A DNA stretch of 64,000 bases from the human T2T-CHM13v2.0 reference genome, Homo sapiens, in NCBI RefSeq assembly GCF_009914755.1, contig NC_060928.1; one strand, written 5' to 3'. The translations under genes were made by a program, and so were the position numbers. Below the pieces are notes generated by a model. That model was given only the letters and a program-made list of their open reading frames with translations, did not search any database and was not told the DNA's origin. This document shows, piece after piece, positions 12,101 to 25,700 of the stretch (its first letter is position 1; each line of letters starts with the position of its first letter).

Positions 12101-15100
12101 GTTTGAAACACTCTTTTTGTAATATTTGGAAGTGGACATTTGCAGCACTTTGAGGCCTATGGTGAAAAAGGAAATATCTTCTCATAAAAACCAGAAACAA
12201 GCATTCTCAGAAACTTCTTTTTGATGTGTGTACTCAAGTAACAGAGTTGAACCTTCCTTTTGACACAGCAGTTTTGAAACAATCTTTTTGTAGAATCTGC
12301 AAGTGGATATTTGGATAGCTTTGAGGATTTCGTTGGAAACGGGATATCTTCATATAAAATCTAGACAGAAGCATTCTCAGAAACTTCTTTGTGCTGTATG
12401 CCCTCAATTAACAGAGTTGAACCATTGCTTGGATACAGCATTTTGGAAACATTCCTTGAGTAGATTCTGCAAGTTGATATTTAGATAGATTTGAAGATTT
12501 CATTGGAAAAGGGAATATCTCCATATAAAATCTAGAGGGAAGCATTCTCAGAAACTGCTTTGTGATGTTTCCATTCAAGTCACAGAGTTGAATATTCCCT
12601 TTTATAGAGCACGTTTGAAACACTCTTTCTGCACTATCTGGAAGTGGACATTTCGAGCGCTTTGAGGCCTATGGTGAAAAAGGAAATATCTTCCCATAAA
12701 AACTAGACAGAAGCATTCTCAGAAACTTGTTTGTGATGTGTGTATTCAACTAACAGAGTTGAACTTTTGTTTTTACAGAGCCGTTTTAAAACACTCTTTT
12801 TGTGGAATCAGAAAGTGGATATTCGGATGGCTCTGAGGATTTCGTTGGAAGCGGGATTACATATAAAATCTAGAGAGAAGCATTCTCAGGAACATCTTTG
12901 TGATGTTTGCATTGAAGTCACAGAATTGAACATTCACTTTGATAGAGCAGGTTTGAAACACTCATTCTGTAGTATCTGGAAGTGGACATTTCAAGCGCTT
13001 TCAGGCCTATGGTGAGAAAGGAAATATCTTCGAATAAAAACTAGACAGAAGCATCCTCAGAAACTTATTTGTGATGTGTGTCCTCAACTAACAGAGTTGA
13101 AACTTTGTTTTGATACAGCATTTTGGAAACACTCTTTTTGTAGAATCTGCAGGTGGATATTTGGATAGCTTAGAGGGATTCGTTGGAAAGGGGATATCTT
13201 CATATAAAATCTAGACAGAAGCATTCTCAGAAACTTATTTGTGATGTGTGTCCTCAACTAACAGAGTTGAACCTTGGTTTTGATACAGCATTTTGGAAAC
13301 GCTCCTTTTGTAGAATCTGCAGGTGGATATGTGGATAGCTCTGAAGATTTCGTTGGAAACGGGAATTTCTTCATATAAAATCAAACAGAAGCATTCTCAG
13401 AAACTTCTCAGTGATGTTTGCATTCAGCTCATGGAGTTGAACACTTCCTTTCATAGAACCGGTTTGAAACACTCTTTCTGCACTACCTGGAAGAGGACAT
13501 TTCGAGCGCTTTGAGTCCTATGGTGAAAAAGGAAATATCTTCTCATAAAAACCAGAAAGAAGCATTCTCAGAAACTTCTTTGTGTTGTGTGTACTCATGT
13601 AACAGTGTTGAACCATCCTTTTGACAGAGCAGTTTTGAAACACTCTTTTTGTAGAATCTGCAAGTGGATATTTGGATAGCTTTGAGGATTTCGTTGGAAA
13701 CGGGATGACATATAATATCTAGAGAGAAGCATTCTCAGGAACTTCTTTGTGATGTTTGCATTCAAGTCACAGAATTGAACATTCCCTTTCATAGAGCAGG
13801 TTTGAAACACTCTTTCTCTAGTATCTGGAAGTGGGCATTTCAAGCGCTTTCAGGCCTATGGAGAGAAAGGAAATACCTTCAAATAAAAACTAGACAGAAG
13901 CATTCTCAGAAACTTATTTGTGATGTGTGTCCTCAACTAACAGAGTTGAACCTTTGTTTTGATACAGCATTTTGGAAACACTCCTTTTGTAGAATCTGCA
14001 GGTGGATATTTGGATAACTTTGAAGATTTCGTTGGAAACCGGAATATCTTCATATAAAATCAAGACAGAAGCATTCTCAGAAACATCTCTGTGATGTTTG
14101 CATTCAACTCAGTAGAGTTGAACACTTCCTTTCATAGAGCCGGTTTGAAACACTCTTTCTGCACTACCTGGAAGCGGACATTTCGAGCGCTTTGAGGCCT
14201 ATGGTGAAAAAGGAAATATCTTCTCATAAAAACCAGAAAGAAGCATTCTCAGAAACTTCTTTGTGTTGTGTGTACTCAAGTAACAGTGTTGAACCTTCCT
14301 TTTGACACAGCAGTTTTGAAACACTCTTTTGGTAGAATCTGCAAGTGGATATTTGGATAGCTTTGAGGATTTCGTTGGAAACGGGTTATCTTCATATAAA
14401 ATCCAGACAGGAGCATTCTCAGAAACTTCTTTGTGCTGCATGTCCTCAATTCACAGAGCTGAACCTTTGTTTGGATACAGCATTTTGGAAACATTCCTTT
14501 AGTAGAATCTGCAAGTTGATATTTAGATAGCTTTGAAGATTTCGTTGGAAACGGGAATATCTTCATAGAACATCTAGACGGAAGCATTCTCAGAAACTGC
14601 TTTGTGATGTTTGCATTCAAGTCACAGAGTTGAATATTCCCTTTTATAGAGTAGGTTTGAAACACTCTTTTGGCACTACCTGGAAGTGGATATTTCGAGC
14701 TCTTTGAGGCCTATGGTTAAAAGGAAATATCTTCCCATAAAAACTAGACAGAAGCCGTCTCAGAAACTTGTTTGTGATGTGTGTATTCAACTAACAGAGT
14801 TGAACATTTCTGTTACAGAGCAATTTTAAAACACTCTTTTTGTGGAATCTGAAAGTGGATAATTGGATAGCTTTGTGGATTTCGTTGGAAACGGGATGAC
14901 GTATAAAATCTAGAGAGAAGCATTCTCAGGAACTTCTTTCTGATGTTTGCATTCAAGTCACAGAATTGAACATTCCTTTTCATAGTGCAGGTTTGAAACA
15001 CTCTTTCTGTAGTATCTGGAAGTGGACATTTCAAGCGCTTTCAGGCCTACGGGGAGAAAGGAAATATCTTCAAATAAAAACTAGACAGAAGGATTCTCAG

Positions 15101-18100
15101 AAACTTATTTGTGATGTGTGTCCTAAACGAACACAGTTGAACCTTTGTTTTGATACAGCATTTTGGAAACACTCCTTTTGTAGGATCTGCAGGTGGATAT
15201 TTGGATAGATTTTAAGATTTCGTTGGAAACGGGAGTTTCTTCATAGAAACTCAAGACAGATGCATTCTCAGAAACATCTCTGTGATGTTTGCATTCCACT
15301 CATAGAGTTGAAAACTTCCTTTCATAGAGCAGGTTTGAAACACTCTTTTTGTAATATTTGGAAGTGGACATTTGCAGCGCTTTGAGGCCTATGGTGAAAA
15401 AGGAAATATCTTCTCATAAAAACCAGAAACAAGCATTCTCAGAAACTTCTTTTTGATGTGTGTACTCAAGTAACAGAGTTGAACCTTCCTTTTGACACAG
15501 CAGTTTTGAAACAATCTTTTTGTAGAATCTGCAAGTGGATATTTGGATAGCTTTGAGGATTTCGTTGGAAACGGGATATCTTCATATAAAATCTAGACAG
15601 AAGCATTCTCAGAAACTTCTTTGTGCTGTATGTCCTCAATTAACAGAGTTGAACCATTGCTTGGATACAGCATTTTGGAAACATTCCTTGAGTAGAATCT
15701 GCAAGTTGATATTTAGATAGATTTGAAGATTTCGTTGGAAAAGGGAATATCTCCATATAAAATCTAGAGGGAAGCATTCTCAGAAACTGCTTTGTGATGT
15801 TTCCATTCAAGTCACAGAGTTGAATATTCCCTTTTATAGAGCACGTTTGAAACACTCTTTCTGCACTATCTGGAAGTGGACATTTCGAGCGCTTTGAGGC
15901 CTATGGTGAAAAAGGAAATATCTTCCCATAAAAACTAGACAGAAGCATTCTCAGAAACTTGTTTGTGATGTGTGTATTCAACTAACAGAGTTGAACTTTT
16001 GTTTTTACAGAGCCGTTTTAAAACACTCTTTTTGTGGAATCAGAAAGTGGATATTCGGATGGCTCTGAGGATTTCGTTGGAAGCGGGATTACATATAAAA
16101 TCTAGAGAGAAGCATTCTCAGGAACTTCTTTGTGATGTTTGCATTGAAGTCACAGAATTGAACATTCACTTTGATAGAGCAGGTTTGAAACACTCATTCT
16201 GTAGTATCTGGAAGTGGACATTTCAAGCGCTTTCAGGCCTATGGTGAGAAAGGAAATATCTTCGAATAAAAACTAGACAGAAGCATCCTCAGAAACTTAT
16301 TTGTGATGTGTGTCCTCAACTAACAGAGTTGAAACTTTGTTTTGATACAGCATTTTGGAAACACTCTTTTTGTAGAATCTGCAGGTGGATATTTGGATAG
16401 CTTAGAGGGATTCGTTGGAAAGGGGATATCTTCATATAAAATCTAGACAGAAGCATTCTCAGAAACTTATTTGTGATGTGTGTCCTCAACTAACAGAGTT
16501 GAACCTTGGTTTTGATACAGCATTTTGGAAACACTCCTTTTGTAGAATCTGCAGGTGGATATGTGGATAGCTCTGAAGATTTCGTTGGAAACGGGAATTT
16601 CTTCATATAAAATCAAACAGAAGCATTCTCAGAAACTTCTCAGTGATGTTTGCATTCAGCTCATGGAGTTGAACACTTCCTTTCATAGAGCCGGTTTGAA
16701 ACACTCTTTCTGCACTACCTGGAAGAGGACATTTCGAGCGCTTTGAGTCCTATGGTGAAAAAGGAAATATCTTCTCATAAAAACCAGAAAGAAGCATTCT
16801 CAGAAACTTCTTTGTGTTGTGTGTACTCATGTAACAGTGTTGAACCATCCTTTTGACAGAGCAGTTTTGAAACACTCTTTTTGTAGAATCTGCAAGTGGA
16901 TATTTGGATAGCTTTGAGGATTTCGTTGGAAACGGGATGACATATAATATCTAGAGAGAAGCATACTCAGGAACTTCTTTGTGATGTTTGCATTCAAGTC
17001 ACAGAATTGAACATTCCCTTTCATAGAGCAGGTTTGAAACACTCTTTCTCTAGTATCTGGAAGTGGGCATTTCAAGTGCTTTCAGGCCTATGGAGAGAAA
17101 GGAAATACCTTCAAATAAAAACTAGACAGAAGCATTCTCAGAAACTTATTTGTGATGTGTGTCCTCAACTAACAGAGTTGAACCTTTGTTTTGATACAGC
17201 ATTTTGGAAACACTCCTTTTGTAGAATCTGCAGGTGGATATTTGGATAACTTTGAAGATTTCGTTGGAAACCGGAATATCTTCATATAAAATCAAGACAG
17301 AAGCATTCTCGGAAACATCTCTGTGATGTTTGCATTCAACTCAGTAGAGTTGAACACTTCCTTTCATAGAGCAGGTTTGAAACACTCTTTCTGCACTACC
17401 TGGAAGCGGACATTTCGAGCGCTTTGAGGCCTATGGTGAAAAAGGAAATAGCTTCTCATAAAAACCAGAAAGAAGCATTCTCAGAAACTTCTTTGTGTTG
17501 TGTGTACTCAAGTAACAGTGTTGAACCTTCCTTTTGACACAGCAGTTTTGAAGCACTCTTTTGGTAGAATCTGCAAGTGGATATTTGGATAGCTTTGAGG
17601 ATTTCGTTGGAAACGGGTTATCTTCATATAAAATCCAGACAGGAGCATTCTCAGAAACTTCTTTGTGCTGCATGTCCTCAATTCACAGAGCTGAACCTTT
17701 GTTTGGATACAGCATTTTGGAAACATTCCTTTAGTAGAATCTGCAAGTTGATATTTAGATAGCTTTGAAGATTTCGTTGGAAACGGGAATATCTTCATAG
17801 AAAATCTAGACGGAAGCATTCTCAGAAACTGCTTTGTGATGTTTGCATTCAAGTCACAGAGTTGAATATTCCCTTTTATAGAGTAGGTTTGAAACACTCT
17901 TTTGGCACTACCTGGAAGTGGATATTTCGAGCTCTTTGAGGCCTATGGTTAAAAGGAAATATCTTCCCATAAAAACTAGACAGAAGCCGTCTCAGAAACT
18001 TGTTTGTGATGTGTGTATTCAACTAACAGAGTTGAACATTTCTGTTACAGAGCAATTTTAAAACACTCTTTTTGTGGAATCTGAAAGTGGATAATTGGAT

Positions 18101-19515
18101 AGCTTTGTGGATTTCGTTGGAAACGGGATGACGTATAAAATCTAGAGAGAAGCATTCTCAGGAACTTCTTTGTGATGTTTGCATTCAAGTCACAGAATTG
18201 AACATTCCCTTTCATAGAGCAGGTTTGAAACACTCTTTCTCTAGTATCTGGAAGTGGGCATTTCAAGCGCTTTCAGGCCTATGGAGAGAAAGGAAATACC
18301 TTCAAATAAAAACTAGACAGAAGCATTCTCAGAAACTTATTTGTGATGTGTGTCCTCAACTAACAGAGTTGAACCTTTGTTTTGATACAGCATTTTGGAA
18401 ACACTCCTTTTGTAGGATCTGCAGGTGGATATTTGGATAGATTTTAAGATTTCTTTGGAAACGGGAGTTTCTTCATAGAAACTCAAGACAGATGCATTCT
18501 CAGAAACATCTCTGTGATGTTTGCATTCCACTCATAGATTTGAAAACTTCCTTTCATAGAGCAGGTTTGAAACACTCTTTTTGTAATATTTGGAAGTGGA
18601 CATTTGCAGCGCTTTGAGGCCTATGGTGAAAAAGGAAATATCTTCTCATAAAAACCAGAAACAAGCATTCTCAGAAACTTCTTTTTGATGTGTGTACTCA
18701 AGTAACAGAGTTGAACCTTCCTTTTGACACAGCAGTTTTGAAACAATCTTTTTGTAGAATCTGCAAGTGGATATTTGGATAGCTTTGAGGATTTCGTTGG
18801 AAACGGGATATCTTCATATAAAATCTAGACAGAAGCATTCTCAGAAACTTCTTTGTGCTGTTTGTCCTCAATTAACAGAGTTGAACCATTGCTTGGATAC
18901 AGCATTTTGGAAACATTCCTTGAGTAGAATCTGCAAGTTGATATTTAGATAGATTTGAAGATTTCGTTGGAAAAGGGAATATCTCCATATAAAATCTAGA
19001 GGGAAGCATTCTCAGAAACTGCTTTGTGATGTTTCCATTCAAGTCACAGAGTTGAATATTCCCTTTTATAGAGCACGTTTGAAACACTCTTTCTGCACTA
19101 TCTGGAAGTGGACATTTCGAGCGCTTTGAGGCCTATGGTGAAAAAGGAAATATCTTCCCATAAAAACTAGACAGAAGCATTCTCAGAAACTTGTTTGTGA
19201 TGTGTGTATTCAACTAACAGAGTTGAACTTTTGTTTTTACAGAGCCGTTTTAAAACACTCTTTTTGTGGAATCAGAAAGTGGATATTCGGATGGCTCTGA
19301 GGATTTCGTTGGAAGCGGGATTACATATAAAATCTAGAGAGAAGCATTCTCAGGAACTTCTTTGTGATGTTTGCATTGAAGTCACAGAATTGAACATTCA
19401 CTTTGATAGAGCAGGTTTGAAACACTCATTCTGTAGTATCTGGAAGTGGACATTTCAAGCGCTTTCAGGCCTATGGTGAGAAAGGAAATATCTTCGAATA
19501 AAAACTAGACAGAAG

Positions 19516-22500
19516 CATCCTCAGAAACTTATTTGTGATGTGTGTCCTCAACTAACAGAGTTGAAACTTTGTTTTGATACAGCATTTTGGAAACTCTTTT
19601 TGTAGAATCTGCAGGTGGATATTTGGATAGCTTAGAGAGATTCGTTGGAAAGGGGATATCTTCATATAAAATCTAGACAGAAGCATTCTCAGAAACTTAT
19701 TTGTGATGTGTGTCCTCAACTAACAGAGTTGAACCTTGGTTTTGATACAGCATTTTGGAAACACTCCTTTTGTAGAATCTGCAGGTGGATATGTGGATAG
19801 CTCTGAAGATTTCGTTGGAAACGGGAATTTCTTCATATAAAATCAAACAGAAGCATTCTCAGAAACTTCTCAGTGATGTTTGCATTCAGCTCATGGAGTT
19901 GAACACTTCCTTTCATAGAGCCGGTTTGAAACACTCTTTCTGCACTACCTGGAAGAGGACATTTCGAGCGCTTTGAGTCCTATGGTGAAAAAGGAAATAT
20001 CTTCTCATAAAAACCAGAAAGAAGCATTCTCAGAAACTACTTTGTGTTGTGTGTACTCATGTAACAGTGTTGAACCATCCTTTTGACAGAGCAGTTTTGA
20101 AATACTCTTTTTGTAGAATCTGTAAGTGGATATTTGGATAGCTTTGAGGATTTCGTTGGAAACGGGATGACATATAATCTCTAGAGAGAAGCATACTCAG
20201 GAACTTCTTTGTGATGTTTGCATTCAAGTCACAGAATTGAACATTCCCTTTCATAGAACAGGTTTGAAACACTCTTTCTCTAGTATCTGGAAGTGGGCAT
20301 TTCAAGCGCTTTCAGGCCTATGGAGAGAAAGGAAATACCTTCAAATAAAAACTAGACAGAAGCATTCTCAGAAACTTATTTGTGATGTGTGTCCTCAACT
20401 AACAGAGTTGAACCTTTGTTTTGATACAGCATTTTGGAAACACTCCTTTTGTAGAATCTGCAGGTGGATATTTGGATAACTTTGAAGATTTCGTTGGAAA
20501 CCGGAATATCTTCATATAAAATCAAGACAGAAGCATTCTCGGAAACATCTCTGTGATGTTTGCATTCAACTCAGTAGAGTTGAACACTTCCTTTCATAGA
20601 GCAGGTTTGAAACACTCTTTCTGCACTACCTGGAAGCGGACATTTCGAGCGCTTTGAGGCCTATGGTGAAAAAGGAAATATCTTCTCATAAAAACCAGAA
20701 AGAAGCATTCTCAGAAACTTCTTTGTGTTGTGTGTACTCAAGTAACAGTGTTGAACCTTCCTTTTGACACAGCAGTTTTGAAACACTCTTTTGGTAGAAT
20801 CTGCAAGTGGATATTTGGATAGCTTTGAGGATTTCGTTGGAAACGGGTTATCTTCATATAAAATCCAGACAGGAGCATTCTCAGAAACTTCTTTGTGCTG
20901 CATGTCCTCAATTCACAGAGCTGAACCTTTGTTTGGATACAGCATTTTGGAAACATTCCTTTAGTAGAATCTGCAAGTTGATATTTAGATAGCTTTGAAG
21001 ATTTCGTTGGAAACGGGAATATCTTCATAGAAAATCTAGACGGAAGCATTCTCAGAAACTGCTTTGTGATGTTTGCATTCAAGTCACAGAGTTGAATATT
21101 CCCTTTTATAGAGTAGGTTTGAAACACTCTTTCGGCACTACCTGGAAGTGGATATTTCGAGCTCTTTGAGGCCTATGGTTAAAAGGAAATATCTTCCCAT
21201 AAAAACTAGACAGAAGCCGTCTCAGAAACTTGTTTGTGATGTGTGTATTCAACTAACGGAGTTGAACATTTCTGTTACAGAGCAATTTTAAAACACTCTT
21301 TTTGTGGAATCTGAAAGTGGATAATTGGATAGCTTTGTGGATTTCGTTGGAAACGGGATGACGTATAAAATCTAGAGAGAAGCATTCTCAGGAACTTCTT
21401 TCTGATGTTTGCATTCAAGTCACAGAATTGAACATTCCTTTTCATAGTGCAGGTTTGAAACACTCTTTCTGTAGTATCTGGAAGTGGACATTTCAAGCGC
21501 TTTCAGGCCTACGGGGAGAAAGGAAATATCTTCAAATAAAAACGAGACAGAAGGATTCTCAGAAACTTATTTGTGATGTGTGTCCTAAACGAACACAGTT
21601 GAACCTTTGTTTTGATACAGCATTTTGGAAACACTCCTTTTGTAGGATCTGCAGGTGGATATTTGGATAGATTTTAAGATTTCGTTGGAAACGGGAGTTT
21701 CTTCATAGAAACTCAAGACAGATGCATTCTCAGAAACATCTCTGTGATGTTTGCATTCCACTCATAGAGTTGAAAACTTCCTTTCATAGAGCAGGTTTGA
21801 AACACTCTTTTTGTAATATTTGGAACTGGACATTTGCAGCACTTTGAGGCCTATGGTGAAAAAGGAAATATCTTCTCATAAAAACCAGAAACAAGCATTC
21901 TCAGAAACTTCTTTTTGATGTGTGTACTCAAGTAACAGAGTTGAACCTTCCTTTTGACACAGCAGTTTTGAAACAATCTTTTTGTAGAATCTGCAAGTGG
22001 ATATTTGGATAGCTTTGAGGATTTCGTTGGAAACGGGATATCTTCATATAAAATCTAGACAGAAGCATTCTCAGAAACTTCTTTGTGCTGTATGCCCTCA
22101 ATTAACAGAGTTGAACCATTGCTTGGATACAGCATTTTGGAAACATTCCTTGAGTAGATTCTGCAAGTTGATATTTAGATAGATTTGAAGATTTCATTGG
22201 AAAAGGGAATATCTCCATATAAAATCTAGAGGGAAGCATTCTCAGAAACTGCTTTGTGATGTTTCCATTCAAGTCACAGAGTTGAATATTCCCTTTTATA
22301 GAGCACGTTTGAAACACTCTTTCTGCACTATCTGGAAGTGGACATTTCGAGCGCTTTGAGGCCTATGGTGAAAAAGGAAATATCTTCCCATAAAAACTAG
22401 ACAGAAGCATTCTCAGAAACTTGTTTGTGATGTGTGTATTCAACTAACAGAGTTGAACTTTTGTTTTTACAGAGCCGTTTTAAAACACTCTTTTTGTGGA

Positions 22501-22745
22501 ATCAGAAAGTGGATATTCGGATGGCTCTGAGGATTTCGTTGGAAGCGGGATTACATATAAAATCTAGAGAGAAGCATTCTCAGGAACATCTTTGTGATGT
22601 TTGCATTGAAGTCACAGAATTGAACATTCACTTTGATAGAGCAGGTTTGAAACACTCATTCTGTAGTATCTGGAAGTGGACATTTCAAGCGCTTTCAGGC
22701 CTATGGTGAGAAAGGAAATATCTTCGAATAAAAACTAGACAGAAG
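19516..22745 (+). repeat. HOR unit H7, 3230 bp (2-bp deletion in monomer 1)
   Basis: GGAAACTCTTTT near 19591 versus GGAAACACTCTTTT elsewhere; landmark spacing 16555 to 19785 is 3230. Confidence 0.9.
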
Positions 22746-25700
22746 CATCCTCAGAAACTTATTTGTGATGTGTGTCCTCAACTAACAGAGTTGAAACTTT
22801 GTTTTGATACAGCATTTTGGAAACACTCTTTTTGTAGAATCTGCAGGTGGATATTTGGATAGCTTAGAGGGATTCGTTGGAAAGGGGATATCTTCATATA
22901 AAATCTAGACAGAAGCATTCTCAGAAACTTATTTGTGATGTGTGTCCTCAACTAACAGAGTTGAACCTTGGTTTTGATACAGCATTTTGGAAACACTCCT
23001 TTTGTAGAATCTGCAGGTGGATATGTGGATAGCTCTGAAGATTTCGTTGGAAACGGGAATTTCTTCATATAAAATCAAACAGAAGCATTCTCAGAAACTT
23101 CTCAGTGATGTTTGCATTCAGCTCATGGAGTTGAACACTTCCTTTCATAGAGCCGGTTTGAAACACTCTTTCTGCACTACCTGGAAGAGGACATTTCGAG
23201 CGCTTTGAGTCCTATGGTGAAAAAGGAAATATCTTCTCATAAAAACCAGAAAGAAGCATTCTCAGAAACTTCTTTGTGTTGTGTGTACTCATGTAACAGT
23301 GTTGAACCATCCTTTTGACAGAGCAGTTTTGAAACACTCTTTTTGTAGAATCTGCAAGTGGATATTTGGATAGCTTTGAGGATTTCGTTGGAAACGGGAT
23401 GACATATAATATCTAGAGAGAAGCATACTCAGGAACTTCTTTGTGATGTTTGCATTCAAGTCACAGAATTGAACATTCCCTTTCATAGAGCAGGTTTGAA
23501 ACACTCTTTCTCTAGTATCTGGAAGTGGGCATTTCAAGCGCTTTCAGGCCTATGGAGAGAAAGGAAATACCTTCAAATAAAAACTAGACAGAAGCATTCT
23601 CAGAAACTTATTTGTGATATGTGTCCTCAACTAACAGAGTTGAACCTTTGTTTTGATACAGCATTTTGGAAACACTCCTTTTGTAGAATCTGCAGGTGGA
23701 TATTTGGATAACTTTGAAGATTTCGTTGGAAACCGGAATATCTTCATATAAAATCAAGACAGAAGCATTCTCGGAAACATCTCTGTGATGTTTGCATTCA
23801 ACTCAGTAGAGTTGAACACTTCCTTTCATAGAGCAGGTTTGAAACACTCTTTCTGCACTACCTGGAAGCGGACATTTCGAGCGCTTTGAGGCCTATGGTG
23901 AAAAAGGAAATATCTTCTCATAAAAACCAGAAAGAAGCATTCTCAGAAACTTCTTTGTGTTGTGTGTACTCAAGTAACAGTGTTGAACCTTCCTTTTGAC
24001 ACAGCAGTTTTGAAACACTCTTTTGGTAGAATCTGCAAGTGGATATTTGGATAGCTTTGAGGATTTCGTTGGAAACGGGTTATCTTCATATAAAATCCAG
24101 ACAGGAGCATTCTCAGAAACTTCTTTGTGCTGCATGTCCTCAATTCACAGAGCTGAACCTTTGTTTGGATACAGCATTTTGGAAACATTCCTTTAGTAGA
24201 ATCTGCAAGTTGATATTTAGATAGCTTTGAAGATTTCGTTGGAAACGGGAATATCTTCATAGAACATCTAGACGGAAGCATTCTCAGAAACTGCTTTGTG
24301 ATGTTTGCATTCAAGTCACAGAGTTGAATATTCCCTTTTATAGAGTAGGTTTGAAACACTCTTTCGGCACTACCTGGAAGTGGATATTTCGAGCTCTTTG
24401 AGGCCTATGGTTAAAAGGAAATATCTTCCCATAAAAACTAGACAGAAGCCGTCTCAGAAACTTGTTTGTGATGTGTGTATTCAACTAACAGAGTTGAACA
24501 TTTCTGTTACAGAGCAATTTTAAAACACTCTTTTTGTGGAATCTGAAAGTGGATAATTGGATAGCTTTGTGGATTTCGTTGGAAACGGGATGACGTATAA
24601 AATCTAGAGAGAAGCATTCTCAGGAACTTCTTTCTGATGTTTGCATTCAAGTCACAGAATTGAACATTCCTTTTCATAGTGCAGGTTTGAAACACTCTTT
24701 CTGTAGTATCTGGAAGTGGACATTTCAAGCGCTTTCAGGCCTACGGGGAGAAAGGAAATATCTTCAAATAAAAACGAGACAGAAGGATTCTCAGAAACTT
24801 ATTTGTGATGTGTGTCCTAAACGAACACAGTTGAACCTTTGTTTTGATACAGCATTTTGGAAACACTCCTTTTGTAGGATCTGCAGGTGGATATTTGGAT
24901 AGATTTTAAGATTTCGTTGGAAACGGGAGTTTCTTCATAGAAACTCAAGACAGATGCATTCTCAGAAACATCTCTGTGATGTTTGCATTCCACTCATAGA
25001 GTTGAAAACTTCCTTTCATAGAGCAGGTTTGAAACACTCTTTTTGTAATATTTGGAACTGGACATTTGCAGCGCTTTGAGGCCTATGGTGAAAAAGGAAA
25101 TATCTTCTCATAAAAACCAGAAACAAGCATTCTCAGAAACTTCTTTTTGATGTGTGTACTCAAGTAACAGAGTTGAACCTTCCTTTTGACACAGCAGTTT
25201 TGAAACAATCTTTTTGTAGAATCTGCAAGTGGATATTTGGATAGCTTTGAGGATTTCGTTGGAAACGGGATATCTTCATATAAAATCTAGACAGAAGCAT
25301 TCTCAGAAACTTCTTTGTGCTGTATGCCCTCAATTAACAGAGTTGAACCATTGCTTGGATACAGCATTTTGGAAACATTCCTTGAGTAGATTCTGCAAGT
25401 TGATATTTAGATAGATTTGAAGATTTCATTGGAAAAGGGAATATCTCCATATAAAATCTAGAGGGAAGCATTCTCAGAAACTGCTTTGTGATGTTTCCAT
25501 TCAAGTCACAGAGTTGAATATTCCCTTTTATAGAGCACGTTTGAAACACTCTTTCTGCACTATCTGGAAGTGGACATTTCGAGCGCTTTGAGGCCTATGG
25601 TGAAAAAGGAAATATCTTCCCATAAAAACTAGACAGAAGCATTCTCAGAAACTTGTTTGTGATGTGTGTATTCAACTAACAGAGTTGAACTTTTGTTTTT

